A stretch of 64,000 bases of DNA, taken from Octopus sinensis. Lineage: Eukaryota. Shown here piece after piece: positions 26,638-40,869 of this stretch. How positions within the stretch are numbered: the stretch's first letter is position 1; each line of letters opens with the position of its first letter. The position numbers and the translations under genes are program-made. Under the pieces are notes generated by a model. The model did not search any database. It was not told where the DNA came from and saw nothing but the letters and a program-made list of their open reading frames with translations. Location: positions 160,084,001-160,148,000 of the forward strand of contig NC_042999.1 of assembly GCF_006345805.1 (NCBI RefSeq), read 5' to 3'.

Positions 26638-26898
26638 GGTATATGTACCGGTGTACTTACGGAAGTACCAGATACATTTAAAAAAAGTGGGGTTTTTTAT
26701 ATATATGGGGGGGGGTTAGGGTTAGGGGTGGAAGAAAAGGGTTTCTGTTATCTTCAGAAATGTAAACAAAGTCACGTGTGTACATATACCGAAGCATCGC
26801 CACGTAACCTAACCCTAACACTAACCCCCCATATATAAAAAAAAAACACTTTTTTGAAATGTATCCGACACTTCCGGAAGTATACCGGTACATATACC
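26638..26898. mobile_element. Foldback MITE family M2 with GGTATATGTACCGG TIR
   Basis: About 60-nt imperfect inverted arms with inward-facing TTAGGG/CCTAAC repeats; no clear TSD. Confidence 0.75.
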
Positions 26899-27115
26899 TA
26901 TTTCTTTATTACCCACAAAGGGCTATACATAGAGGGGACAAACAAGGACAGACATAGGTATTAAGGGTACTAGTATCGGTATTAAGTCGATTATATCGAC
27001 CCCAGTGCGTAACTGGTACTTAATTTATCGACCCCCGAAAGGATGAAAGGCAAAGTCGACCTCGGCGGAATTTGAACTCACAACGTAACGGCAGACGAAA
27101 TACCGCTAAGCGTTT
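26899..27115 (-). mobile_element. SINE family B, 5'-truncated
   Basis: Family B core and tail. Confidence 0.8.
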
Positions 27116-27618
27116 CAACACTGACTCTCGAAGTACATCACATAAAGCTAAAAATAATAGAATGTAAATATTTGGTTGAAAATCCCTTTTGGATAGACAA
27201 GTTCGAAGGCTGTTGTCTCTACAGATTTGAGTTTGTGTTCCACTGGCAGCCTTCGTACATTTTCTATACAAAAGGGCCTGTGAACCCAAGTTTCGCATGC
27301 TATTATTTATAGCTTTATGAGAGCTGTCTCGAGAGCCAATGTACCAAGAAAGAATATCTATCTGTGTGTATGTGTGTGTTTGAGATCATCATCATTTACA
27401 TGTCAGCTTTTTCATACTTGCATATGGGCCTGTCAGAATTTGTTGAGGCTGATTTATCTATGGCTGGATGCCCTTCCTGTTGCCAACCCTCACTTGCTTC
27501 AAAGCTAGGTAATATTTTCCCCTGGCCAGACATGTTTTCACAGAAAACTGGAAATGAACAGCATTGCTTGTATGATGGTTATGATGCTACAACTTGTTTA
27601 CAACTGTTGAGATAAAGG

Positions 27619-27662
<44 letters not shown>

Positions 27663-28329
27663 CAGAACCACATGTATACACATATACAGATATATACATT
27701 TACAAGAGCCTAGACAACCTGTCTGTGGTGTCCAGCTATAACCTATATTCATATTTTGCTCTTCTTGCCATTTACCTCACCTCAATATCAGTAACAAGGA
27801 TTTGATGGGAACTCAAAGGCTCTCTTTCCTAGATCCTCTAAATGCATCCTTTTCCTCTACTGATCTCTGAATTCCTTGAAACACCACCTACTCCTTCTGC
27901 ATCAAAAGCATATATCTCTCATTCCCCTCTTTAACAGCATCAGCCTCAATGATTTTGCAACATTTTTGGGCTCTTGTACTCTTGTACTGCAAGATGCTGC
28001 TGATGCAGAAAAATATCTTTTATAAGCCTAAAGTCATTACAGCAATTACTTTTAGCTCTTAATTGTAGCCTTGACAAACATCCACATCCTGAATCTAGCC
28101 TCTAACAAGTGACCACAACCTCTGCACTTATTGTTGGGTTGTCTGACCGGAGTCTTGCCACAACTATTTTCACATACCAATATATTATGTAATGCATCCC
28201 ACTACTTCCTTGACACTATGGCACTTCATGTCAGCTGATTGGTCAGAGCTTGTCAGTTTAACACTAAATCTTCATGTAGCACATATGCTTCATCCTTGAC
28301 CCATCAGATTATAGTTACAGGTATGAGGG

Positions 28330-29180
28330 TATGGGTAGACTGACCTATCCTCTCAGAAATCTCCCATACATAGCACACACTTCAAATTCTACCAAGTACT
28401 TTGTTGGGAGCTGTGTTACAGTAGGACTACCAATGAAATAAATTCTTTCAAATGTTCAGGATAAGTTCTGTTAGCCAGGTGACCTAATTTGCATTGAAAG
28501 TGGGGTTTCTGAAAGCATAGTAGTCAGAGTTCCTCTCCAGGCGAAGAAAAGATTGTATGATTTTTATGTACAGCGTGTAATGTTGTACAATAGGGAAAAA
28601 CATAGGCATAAAATTCAGAAGATGTGTGAAGGCTGGGCAGAAATGATGAAGCACTAATGTACAAGGAAAAATGTTGGATATAAGAGAAATAAAATGTAGT
28701 ATGGAAAAGAGAAGACTGAGCTGGTATAGGGGGATGATACTTGGGTGAGAAAGTGCCAAGTAATTCAAGTGAAAGAAATCTCTGGAAGCAAAAGACAAGG
28801 AAAGAAGTGAAACATGATCTCAGGAGTCTCATATCTGGTGAGGTAGGATGCCATATAGATAGTTAATCAAGTTATACTAGAGAGTGTCATACCCAGTGAC
28901 TAGCATAGCAGTATCATAGTAAATTGTTACTAGGGCAAAGGAGATGCTTTTGAGAGGAGAAATTATATAAGAAGAATCATACAAGTGGAACAAACATAAT
29001 TGATCTATGAGAAAGTAGATTGAGATGAAATGCAGTTTGGTTTTGTGTCTGAAAGAGGTACATATGGATGCAAACTTCCTTGTGAAGCACAACATATAAT
29101 GTGACAGCTTGTGGGAGAGAGAGAGAGCTCACTAGTTCTTGTTTGGTAATAATTAATTCAGCTATGAGTTTTCCAGAAGT
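28330..29180 (+). mobile_element. Highly degenerate RTE-like LINE fragments
   Basis: 28430-28520 resembles 14250-14340; other RT-like remnants are present but no intact ORF. Confidence 0.4.
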
Positions 29181-29284
29181 TCTAAAGTAGAAGTTACTGT
29201 ATGAATGCATTTACACGAGAGACATGAGAAAACTAAACACATACAATCCTTCTACTTACCTTTTATAGTTTATAATTGATTATA

Positions 29285-29951
29285 TGAGGGGTACCCAAGA
29301 GAAACCGGAATTTTGCAGAATATTATTTTATTCACTTAGTTTTACATGTTTACACTTTTGTTGCCTTCAAAGTATTTTCCACTTGAAGCAATGCATCAGT
29401 CCAGACATGTTTTCCACTGTTTGAAGCAGTCCTGGAACTCTTGCAAAGTGATGTCTTTGATGTCTCCATCGATTCTTTTCTTTACTCCTTCCACATTTGC
29501 AAATTCTATAGCACCAGCTTTCATCACCAGTGATGACCTTCGAAAAATGGTTCAGATCAACTTCCAACTGTTTTTTCAGTTCAAGACATGCATTCAATCG
29601 TGACAGCTTTTGATCTTTTATGAGCAAGGGAGGTACAAATTTTGCTGTAGCTCATTTCATTCACTATTCCTCACTCCAAATTCATTGGCAGGAGCCCCAG
29701 CACACACTAGTCATATCAACAAGTTTATCAATTGTTTGGTGACAATCCTCCAAGATCATTTCATGAATTTTCATAATGTTTTCATTTGTTTGGGAGGTCA
29801 ATGGTTGCCCTGAATGAGGTTGGTCTTGAAGCAACTGGTCAGCAGATTGATGCCTGAGGGTTGCATCTAGTGGCTTCTAGCTGCAGAAGCTTGAACTACA
29901 ACAAGCTCGTCCCACAGAGAATGTTTCCAGATACTTTTGGATATCCTCTCT
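29285..29951 (-). mobile_element. Internally deleted mariner
   Basis: ORF remnant with VITGDESWCY; degenerate TIRs (gaggggtacccaagagaaaccggaa-like) at both ends. Confidence 0.7.
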
Positions 29952-30721
29952 TATATGTCTTAAAGCTTACATTACATTAACCATTTTGTGTAATGTCACT
30001 TTTGATATTAATTTAAAGTATCATTTTAAACCTATTTAACCCTTTTGTAATCATATTTGTGTTGAAATACATTACATTGCTTTTGTCTCAATTAATTCTT
30101 AAAATGATGAAGAATTTAGTAAAATAAGTTTGTCATTATTAAGCTGCTGTAAGGCTGTAAACTGGCAGAGTTGTTACCATTCCAGGCAAAATGCTTAGCA
30201 GCGTTTCGTTTGATTTTGCATTCTGAGTTCAAATACTGCTGAGGTCAACTTTGCCTTTCATCCTTTCAGGTCAATAAAATAGGTACCAGGTGTGCTCTGG
30301 GGTTGATGTAATCGACTTATCCCCTCCCATGAAATTGCTGACCTTGTGCCAATTTTTGAAACCATTATTAAGCTGGTGTATAGAACACAAATTAACATAT
30401 ATTGTTGGAAGGTTTTCATTTAGATCATTTTAAAACAGGATATTTGTATCATGCAACTAAGGGGTGGTTTCATGCACCACAATGTTATTCACCATAATAA
30501 TAATAATTATTTATGATCAATTAGAAGAAACAGGAATAAATTTTGTAAATGTTAAAACTTCTTGAAACAGAACATACAATACTTATGAAACAAGTATCAT
30601 GAGTAATTGCTAAGATTCCATTGCATCATCCTTTTCTTTGCTTACCTAGATAATTTGTCACATCTATTTAATAGGTTTTTCTCCCACTTTGAAAATCTAA
30701 ACTGCTTCCCTGTTCTGAATG

Positions 30722-30761
<40 letters not shown>

Positions 30762-30762
30762 T

Positions 30763-30926
30763 GCGCAGGAGTGGCTGTGTGGTAAGTAGCTTGCTAACCA
30801 ACCACATGGTTCTGGGTTCAGTCCCACTGCGTGGCATCTTGGGCAAGTGTCTTCTGCTATAGCCCCGGGCCGACCAATGCCTTGTGAGTGGATTTGGTAG
30901 ACGGAAATTGAAAGAAGCCTGTCGTA

Positions 30927-30991
<65 letters not shown>

Positions 30992-31200
30992 ATATGTGTG
31001 TTTGTGTTTGTCCCCCTAGCATTGCTTGACAACCGATGCTGTGTGTTTACGTCCCCGTCACTTAGCGATTCGGCAAAAGAGACCGATAGAATAAGTACTG
31101 GGCTTAAAAAGAATAAGTCCCGGGGTCGATTTGCTCGACTAAAGGCGGTGCTCCAGCATGGCCGCAGTCAAATGACTGAAACAAGTAAAAGAGTAAAGAG
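30763..31200 (+). mobile_element. SINE family A
   Basis: Full-length family A layout. Confidence 0.87.
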
Positions 31201-31836
31201 TATATATATAAGAATGACTAACAGTACTTCTTTGAAGCTTGAAGAACTCTCATAGGAGAGAAACAGGTGTACATATGTAACATTTAACTGTTTAAATTCT
31301 ATTCACTCTCCTTGTCTGCTTTGAGTTTTATCACTCTTTGTTCTCTCTGACTCTTTTATCACCCTTTTGACCTGGCTCTCTTCCTCTCCAGTCATGAATA
31401 AAAGAAAACAATGCAAACAATGCAAAAAGACAATGTAAGATAGAGAGGACTCTTCGTTCTTGCCTGGGTCATGACAATCTCTGGGGCATTATCATGTTAA
31501 AATCCTTTCTGTACATTGTAAAGGGCATCCAGATAGAAACTGTACCAAAAATAGAATGTTTGAATGAGATGGGGTCTTTAGTCAATCCAGGAGGGCAGTA
31601 AACACAGGAAAGAGCATCACTTGGAACATAATGACCCATCTAACCCATGCCAACGTGGAAAAGGGATGATGAGGATTTTACATATATGTGTGTTTGTGTG
31701 TGTGTGTTTGGGTTTATTAGCTGCAAAGTGACATAAGTAACTCAAGGTTCTACACTTCATTACATGGAATAGTATGTACTAATTTCTAGTCTTTTGAATC
31801 CCTTATCTAGCGGTATAGCTTGTAAATACAAAAATA

Positions 31837-33128
31837 CAAGGAGTGTTCATTAAAGACTTCCTCTGACCCACTTCTCATTATTGCAGGAAGTGAAACTTGT
31901 ACAAGTATAATCATTCATGTCTCTACATGTCACATTGTGAATTGCAGCTTTCCACTAGTATTCGTTTGTCTTTTACGGCTGCTGAAGTGGACTAAGGTGT
32001 TATAATGGAGGCAGTTGAATGCAGATCAGTGATTAGGTTCTTATACTTGAAAGGTCAAACACCAAACGAGACTTTTGATGATATGAAAGAAGTCTATGGT
32101 GATAATGCACCATCATACGACATAGTGAAGCACTGGCATCGCCAGTTCAAATGTGGTCGGACATTGGTGGAAACTGCTCCTATTCCTGGACAATCACTTT
32201 TCGCCATTGTTGATGGCGCCATCATCCATAAAGTGGAAGCTGCCGTTTTGGACGTTCACCGCATAACTATTCAGCAACTAGCCCAAGAAGTGAAGATCAG
32301 TGCAGGGTCTGTAGAAAAAAAATCGTTGATGATCATTTGCACATGTGCAAGTTGTCTGTATAGTGGATTCCCTGGATGCTCACACCTTTTCAGAAGCAGG
32401 GATGAGCCAATTGCTCCCAGGCTCTTTTGGCAATGTGCCAAGAAAATGGGGTGGACTTTTTCAGCAGACTTATCACAGAGGATGAAACATGGGTCCATCA
32501 CTATGATCCTGAGACTAAAGTCCAGTCACAGCAATGGAAGCATAACTCACCACCTCTAAAGAAGGCTTGTGTCCAACCCTCAGCAGGCAAGGTGATGCTC
32601 ACAGTCTTTTGGGACTAATGTGGAGTAGTGATGATGGATTTTCTGGCAAAGGGCACCACAATTAATGGGGCATATTATTCCCTGCAGCAGAAATTGAGGG
32701 ATGCTATCAAAGCAGAGAGGCATGGCATGCTGACCAAAAGAGTTTGCCTCCTCCAAGAGAACGCCTCAGTTAACAATGCACATGTTGCCCAGATGAAAGC
32801 ACACTCCTGTGGCTATAAAATCCTTCCTCATCCCACTTACTCTCCCAACTTCGCACAATCTGACTTCCATCTCTATCCAACCATGAAGTCTCTGTTGAAG
32901 GAGAAGCACTTTTTGGATGACGATGAACTTATTTCTAAGGTAAAGTCTTGGCTCCATATGCAGCCTACTGATTTCTACTGATGAGATCTTCACAGCTGCA
33001 TAAAGCGATGGTAGAAGTGTATCACCATTGGTGATGGCTATGTAGAGAAGGACTAATAATTATGCCAAGTTTTGTTTATTCCAATCCTTGGGAAAAGGGT
33101 CAGGGAAATCATTTATGAATACCCCTTG
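31837..33128 (+). mobile_element. Full-length (1292 bp) but inactivated mariner transposon
   Basis: TA TSDs and imperfect TIRs of about 33 bp. Frameshifted transposase MEAVECRSVIRFL..., ITEDETWVHHYDPE, QENAS, YSPNFAQSDFHL (DD34D motifs mutated). Confidence 0.9.
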
Positions 33129-33158
33129 TATATGTGTGTGTGTATATATGTATGTATG

Positions 33159-33253
<95 letters not shown>

Positions 33254-33264
33254 GTATATATATG

Positions 33265-33311
<47 letters not shown>

Positions 33312-33605
33312 CATACATACATATATATATATATACACATATATATATACACATATATATACATATATACCATCATCATCATAGTTTTGGAAATGGACGT
33401 TGAATGATGATGATGATGATATATATGTGTATATATATATGTATATATGTATGTATATTTACATATATGTATATATATGTATATATGTATATCTATATAT
33501 ATATATATGCGCACTATTTTGCATATTGAATTCCTTATCACTTATTTATATTCTTAAACCTATATGTGTGTGTGTGTGTGTATGTATATGTATATATATA
33601 TATAT
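33129..33605. repeat. (TA)n/(CAT)n/(TG)n compound microsatellite
   Basis: Seen directly; begins at the mariner TA TSD. Confidence 0.92.
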
Positions 33606-34269
33606 AGCTGTCTAAGAAGCTGTAAGTCTGGAAAAAATGTATACAACTCGTATATCTGTCAGTAGAGTGGGTATATTAATTAAAGTGAACTGTGTTATAT
33701 ATCCATTATGGCCAATCGTACCAATCAGTTTTGCACTAGTGGTTCAATGGAGTGTTAGGTAACAGTCCAATTATGTAACTTTGTGCTCTTCAGAGATGGC
33801 AATTATGAAATGAAATATGGTGACTGCCACTTCCAGTTTCTACTCCCTGACTCTGTAGCTACTTCACTCTTTCTCACATCATCTATTCTCACTTGCTTCA
33901 CCTGTTTGTGTACTATATGGAAACTGCCACATTTCATTACATATCTGCTATCTTTAAAGAGAGTAGGGTTACATAATTGGATTGTTACCCAATATTCCAT
34001 TGAACCCTTAATGCAAAACCGATTAGTAAGATCAGCCTTAATGGGTATATAATACTGTACATTTATAATATATATATATAATAAGTAAAAGGGATTTTAA
34101 AATCCAGACATATCTATAAAGCACTCAGCATTAGATGAATTTGGTTAACTATATCCAACAATCGTATGCCTATAAATACAAGTAGAATAAACATCCAAGT
34201 TAATTCTTCATGTATAACAAGTAAATCCAAATATCGTTTAGAAGAATTTCAAGAAATTCGTAGTTTATA

Positions 34270-34308
<39 letters not shown>

Positions 34309-35047
34309 TATATATGTATAAAAAATATATATAAAAATACAAAATGGGACAAGAACGCAAAACATTCAAATAGATGACACAAAAAAACGGACGGGTCATT
34401 CGAAGTCTAATCTTCAGTCAAGAACCAGATCATCCTCGCAATTTCGGCTGATATATATATATAAATATATATATATCAACCCATCTCACCACCCTGCAAC
34501 AAAAATGCTCACTTCTCCTTAATTTCCAGTTTCTATTTCCTGACTCTGTAGCTACTTTACTCTTTCTCACATCATCTTGCTTCACTTGTTTGAGTACAAA
34601 ATTCTGTACATCACTCTTTAACTTCATTTATTTATCTGGTGAAGTATATTTCAGCATTCCTACTACTTTAACTGATTACTTGGAATATTTGTCCTTTTGT
34701 AACACTGGCATCTGTTTCAGTCAGACTTCAAAATGTGTTTCTAATTTCAGTAATTAATAATCTTGTAGCTTATGAAAGCGTCATTTCTTCTGCTATGTTC
34801 TGACATGTTTGACGGTGCTAATCTTTTCATAAAGTTGATTATTGAGTTGGTTGTATTATTTTAGAGATGAATAATTAGTCAACCAGTAGTGTATTGTTTA
34901 TAATTTCCTTCTTAGTTTAGAGTTTCCTTACATATATATATATATATATATACAGTGTGTGTGTATTGAAAATATATTTGTAAATATCATGATTTCTCAT
35001 GTTGATATTTGGCTGCACATTTAAAGAGATGTAATAAATTGAAATGT

Positions 35048-35099
<52 letters not shown>

Positions 35100-37054
35100 C
35101 AGATTGATCAGACAACTAAATTTTATTATCTATCACAATTTGCATTGTTATCACTGATTTTGTCATTTTGGACATGATAATAATCTTTTCACCAGATGGT
35201 CATTATCAAGAAAAAGGTTTTTTTAGTGTATGATCCATAAATATTTTATAGATTAAATTATTGTGGTTTTGTTTGAAATGCAAATGGCAAATGTAAGATT
35301 AGCTAAGAATTCATTTCACAAATTGCTTTCATCTTAATTTTAATCACAAGTCCTTGGATACCATTTGCATATCATTGATGATCGTATGTCAGTGTTACAG
35401 AACATTCTGGACAATCTGTTGTTGTTTTATCATCTGTGGTGATAAAATAAGGATGTGAATGACATGTTTGCATTAAAACAATCTCTTACAATGATTTATG
35501 GTTGGACTTTGGGTTTAGTAGTGTTGAATAATGGCATATAACTCAAAAATAACTACATTATTATATAGTCTTTGCAACAACCTCTAACAAGTATATGAGT
35601 TAGTTGTGACTTAGTTGTTAGTGTATCAAGCTCATAACCACGAGGCCACAGCTTCATTTCTTGGGCTCGGCAGTGCATTGGGTTCTTGGGCAAGATTTGA
35701 TGGCACAGTTGATGTTGTTCCAGTCGACTCTGCTAAAATGAGTCTCATCTCTCTCTCTCCTTCCAGCTGTTACATCATGGATATTTTGGTGGTTCAAGGG
35801 CCGGAGGATTTCTTTGTTCATGAGCACCGAGGCACATTAAACAATTAACGAAAGCATGTTTCATTCTGCAAGTCATACTAGTGATGCTAGTGATAGCTAT
35901 TGTATTTTAAGATAGTAAGGATACAGGAATATTTACTACAAAAACAGGAATATTAAACAAATGATTGCTCCAAAACAAAAAAAAAAGCTGATTCTATTTT
36001 CAAACTGATACACAGATTCTAATAAGTTAATGACTCTCAGCTCAGTATTAGTATCCATGGTATGGAATTAGAATAAATTGAAGTCTGAACTTAATTCTCA
36101 AAGTAATTGTTTAATCATTGTTATTGATACTTCTTTATATTGTCACTAAATTGTCTCTTTATGGGCTTCAATTTTAAATGTTTTCCATAGTAGTCTTTCT
36201 TAGTGTTAACGATATTATATTTTTACACTTTGAATACATCTTGTTTAACAATGCAAAATAAGGAGTTTAATAATTGTTGTTGAAGTCGTATTTTCATCTT
36301 GTGTTTTTGGTGTACTTTTGAATATTTTCTTTCCAGAAAGTGTCAGTAGCTCTGAGAGAGAAGGTTTCTGAAGTATCATTCAGCGCGATGACTGAAAGAA
36401 AGGTTTTGTAAGATGCAAAATACTTGCCCAACTCACTGAAAAAAAAAAAACACATCAACAAAAAAAAAGAAAAAAAAAAAACAAAAGAAGAAAGATAATT
36501 TATTTAAATTTCAATGTTGTAACACTTAAAACCATCCAACCTCTCCTTCTTATCATTGTATTATTTGCATTGAACTGTCCTCCTTCCCTCCAAACTTAAC
36601 TCTGCGGTAATGCAGGTAGGGTTTTTCTCATTTGTTGTTAGTTTCTATGTTGTCAGTCCTCACTTTGGTGAACAGATGGTTATTGTTTGCTCGTCTTCTC
36701 TGCTTTCATTGTGTGTCATACACTTCTTTCATCTTTGATGTACCTCATGTTTTTATTTATTTATCTATTTATTTCTCTATTTATTTTGCTTCTGTCTCCA
36801 GCCATTTAGTCCAATTCTTTACAGTTTTCTCTTTGCTTTGATTATTGAGTAATTAGAACATGTTTGCATCATTTCCGAGTGTCCTGTCATTTTGTGTAGC
36901 ATTTAGAGTTTTGTTTTATGTGTTGTTTTGCTAATTTATCTACAACACTTATAGATATTGTTCTTCAGAGTCTCTATGTTGTATGTATTTTTGTTGTGTA
37001 AACAGTTTTACATATATTTTAGATCTTAAACTATAAATATTGATTCAATTTTGT

Positions 37055-37070
37055 AATATATATATGTATG

Positions 37071-37132
<62 letters not shown>

Positions 37133-37209
37133 GCATATATATCTTTGTATATATATGTATATATATATGAATATATATATATGAATGTATATATATGAAT
37201 GTATATATA

Positions 37210-37260
<51 letters not shown>

Positions 37261-37380
37261 GTATATATATATATATATATCTGTATATATATATATATAT
37301 ATCTGTATGTATATATATATATGTATGTATCTAAATATGTATGTGTATATATGTGTGTGTGTATATATACATATATGCAT
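37055..37380. repeat. (TA)n compound microsatellite
   Basis: Seen directly in the sequence. Confidence 0.93.
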
Positions 37381-37387
37381 ATTTATA

Positions 37388-38350
37388 CCGTAAATCCTTG
37401 AGTATAATTCGCATTTTTTTCCCCAGATTTAAAGGCCAAAATCCCTAGTGCGTACTATATATGAAGTTAAAAATGAAAAATATTTTCTAAGCAATGTCCG
37501 AGTCTCTATGTTTATTCAGATGCATTTTGTGATATCAGGCATGAAAATACCTTAAGCTAAGTCTGAAAGCAATGAAGTCATAAAAGAATCATCCATAACT
37601 TGCAGTAAGCAACATTTATTAAAATAAAAGTATTCAGAACACAGAATAATATGCAACAAAAACAGTTTGCAAACATATTTACATTCCCATATAACAGTTA
37701 AGAACACCACCATAATTGTATTACGCATGCGCAGAAGTGTTTGTTCGACTAGGTACTGCTGGCTTAATTTTTCCCAAATTGTGCTTAATAGTTAAGTGCT
37801 AAATAGTTCATCCTGCTGTTTGTATTGGCAGTTTGCATCATTACCATGGCAAACAATAGATACTTAATTAAATACCAGTATTAAATGTTTGAACTACTGT
37901 GGGTCTTTACTAGGGTTTTTTATAAGTGGGACTTAAACCTGTACATTAATCTCCAGTAAAACGTTTTATACATTACATGCCCATAAAATGCCTCGTAGAT
38001 CTTATTCAGCTATGTTTAAACTTGAAGTTATATCATATGCTGAAGAGCATGGTAATAGGGCCACCGGAAGAAAATGTGATGTTGACGAAAGCAATGTCAG
38101 TTTGTGGAGAAAAAATAAAGATGAAATGAAACAGATGCCAAAGATAACGAAGGCAAGAAGGCAAGAAAGCAATAAAAAAGCACGTTACTGCATACATTTT
38201 TACAAACCAAGGACGTTATATAGACCTCCTTGACTCAAATTAGGGAAAGGGTGTGTATCATACACAAGGTTTAGGTTTTTCAGAGGTACAGCCCCCTAAA
38301 AATCACCTGTGTATTATACTCAAGGGCAGACTATACTCGAGGATTTACAG
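37388..38350 (+). mobile_element. pogo/Tigger-like deletion derivative with Brinker-type DNA-binding domain remnant
   Basis: TIRs CCGTAAATCCTTGAGTATA / TATACTCGAGGATTTACAG, TA TSD, ORF 37988-38233 RRSYSAMFKLEVISYAEEHGNRA. Confidence 0.8.
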
Positions 38351-38429
38351 TATGTATATATATATATATATAATAATATAAATAATATATATATATATAT
38401 ACACACACACACATATATATATACATGTG

Positions 38430-38584
<155 letters not shown>

Positions 38585-38657
38585 TATATATATAAACTTG
38601 CTTGGAACTGGATGTGTGGCGTTCAATTAAATAATAATATAAATTATATATATATTT

Positions 38658-39066
38658 AGGCGTAGGAGTGGCTGTGTGGTAAGTAGCTTGCTTACGAACC
38701 ACATGGTTCCAGGTTCAGTCCACTGCGTGGCACCTTGGGCAAGTGTCTTCTACTATAGCCTTAGGCCGACCAAAGCCTTGTGAGTGGATTTGGTAGACGG
38801 AAACTGAAAGAAGCGTGTCGTATATATGTATATATATGTATGTGTGTATGTATGTTTGTGTGTCTGTGTTTGTCCCCCCCAACATCGCTTGACAACCGAT
38901 GCTGGTGTGTTTACGTCCCCGCAAATTAGCAGTTTGGCAAAAGAGACTAATAGAATAAGTACTAGGCTTACAAAGAATAAGTCCTGGGGTCGATTTGTTT
39001 GACTAAAGGCAGTGCTCCAGCATGGCCACAGTCAAATGACTGAAACAAGTAAAAGAGTAAAAGAGT
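38658..39066 (+). mobile_element. SINE family A
   Basis: Full-length family A layout. Confidence 0.85.
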
Positions 39067-39079
39067 AATATGTATATAT

Positions 39080-39140
<61 letters not shown>

Positions 39141-39194
39141 TATGTATATATATATGCATATGTAGATATATATGCATATATATATGTATACATA

Positions 39195-39991
39195 TCAGGT
39201 CATCCCATAAGTTCTGTCCAAATTTTGAATAAAGAAAACAAGTGATTAAATGTTATATTTAATTGAAAATTAATCATTAATGTACTTTCCCTGATTATGT
39301 AGGACTTCTTACCATATATTTACAAGCTTTTTAATCCAATCAATGTAAAACTCTTTTGGTTTCAAAGCAAAGAACTCTGAAATGTCAGATTCGACCTTCT
39401 CTTGGCTTGCGAAATCCCAATGTCAACTCAGGATTTGAGATTGCTTTCAGACTATTCATGAGGCACCCATTTTCCAAGTTTAGGAACCTTTCCAAGTTGT
39501 TGAAGATGACGATGAATAGTAGTATGGTTTGAACTAAGCTTTATTGCTAATTCTTCAATTGATAATGCAGGATTTTCTTTAAGTAATGCCTCAAGGAGCT
39601 TATCATCAAACTCAACTGGACGTCCTGTTCTATCTTCATCTTCATGGCTGAAATCTCCACTTCTGAATTTTGCAAACCATCTTCTGCAAGTTCTTTCATT
39701 CGAGCATTCTTTCCCATAAACTGAGTGTATGTTTTTTGATGTCACTTTGGCTGCAGAGTTTCCATTTTTGTACTCATAAATTATTATGTGCCTCAAATAC
39801 TCTTCAGACGCTTCCATGTTAGAAAGGGTTTTAATCAAAGAAATTTTACTTCTATTATTCTGTAAAATATTATTTAATTAGTTTCAATGTACACAAATGC
39901 ATAAAAATAATTTTTAATTCCATTAGACATTCTAAAATTTCATTCAATTTTAAAAAAGGTAAAATCAGACAGAACTTATGGGATGACCTGA
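39195..39991 (-). mobile_element. Internally deleted mariner with perfect TIRs
   Basis: Perfect 24-bp TIR TCAGGTCATCCCATAAGTTCTGTC, TA TSD, ORF 39452-39838 encoding the HTH region ending in the WVPHE motif. Confidence 0.92.
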
Positions 39992-40869
39992 TATATAAGT
40001 TTGGTTTCACTGATTTTGACTGTAAGGTCAAGATATTTAGTTGTAATTCTGTGCTCATGAATTTATACTTTGCTTTTGTCATTTTTCGATGGTTCTAACC
40101 AAGACACATTATCCTGAGTTCCTTTATATACCTGGCTGGCAACTGGTTCCCTAATTCCACTACGATTCAGTAGTGTTAGTAGCAGGATGTGGGTTGGGTT
40201 TCAACAGTAAAAGTAATTTTCAAAAACCTTTACATTCATGCTACTTTGGAAAACCATATTAGTGTAACAAATTGTTAATACTGTGAATATAAATATATTG
40301 ATAATCTGTACATAAATATATAAATAATCTTTCTCCAGTTTCTTTTTATTTGCTATTGTGCCCCGCTCTCTCTCTCTCTCTCACGTACACAACACACATA
40401 TAATGATTATTGTACTAGTTCTTGAATTCGTGACTTAATAGCTGGAATAGTTTGTGTGTCATAATGATGGACATAATACCAAATAGTAGCAGATTTGGTA
40501 CTTTATACATCTGATGTTGTATCTTGCCATTTACCCTAATGGAATGATGAAGTAGATATCAGTAACATTACTCAAAATTTAACAGTGGTTGAGAGGTGGA
40601 GGATATTGGTCAATCTCAAATCCAAATTAAATTCACCTGAGAGATAAACCTTTGATATTAAATCCTCAAAAGAAGGGATTGATAATTATCGATGTTTTTG
40701 ATTGTAAAGGACCAACTGCCATTCTTGATCTAGTGGTAAACACAACAAAAGTAAACTGGCATCAATTTCATAATAATGTTGTTGTAATAATATTGCACTT
40801 ATTTAAGAATTTTTAGTTTTTATTTATTTGTTTCTTATTCATTTTTTTCTTTCTTTCTTTCAGACCAAC

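Noticed and set aside
40544-40640. C/D box snoRNA candidate (TGATGA...CTGA)
   Set aside because: No terminal stem or recognisable guide; expected by chance.
40828-40869. N-terminal extension MFLIHFFLSFFQTN in the ORF track
   Set aside because: This is the polypyrimidine tract and acceptor of the intron; homology starts at ATG 40870.
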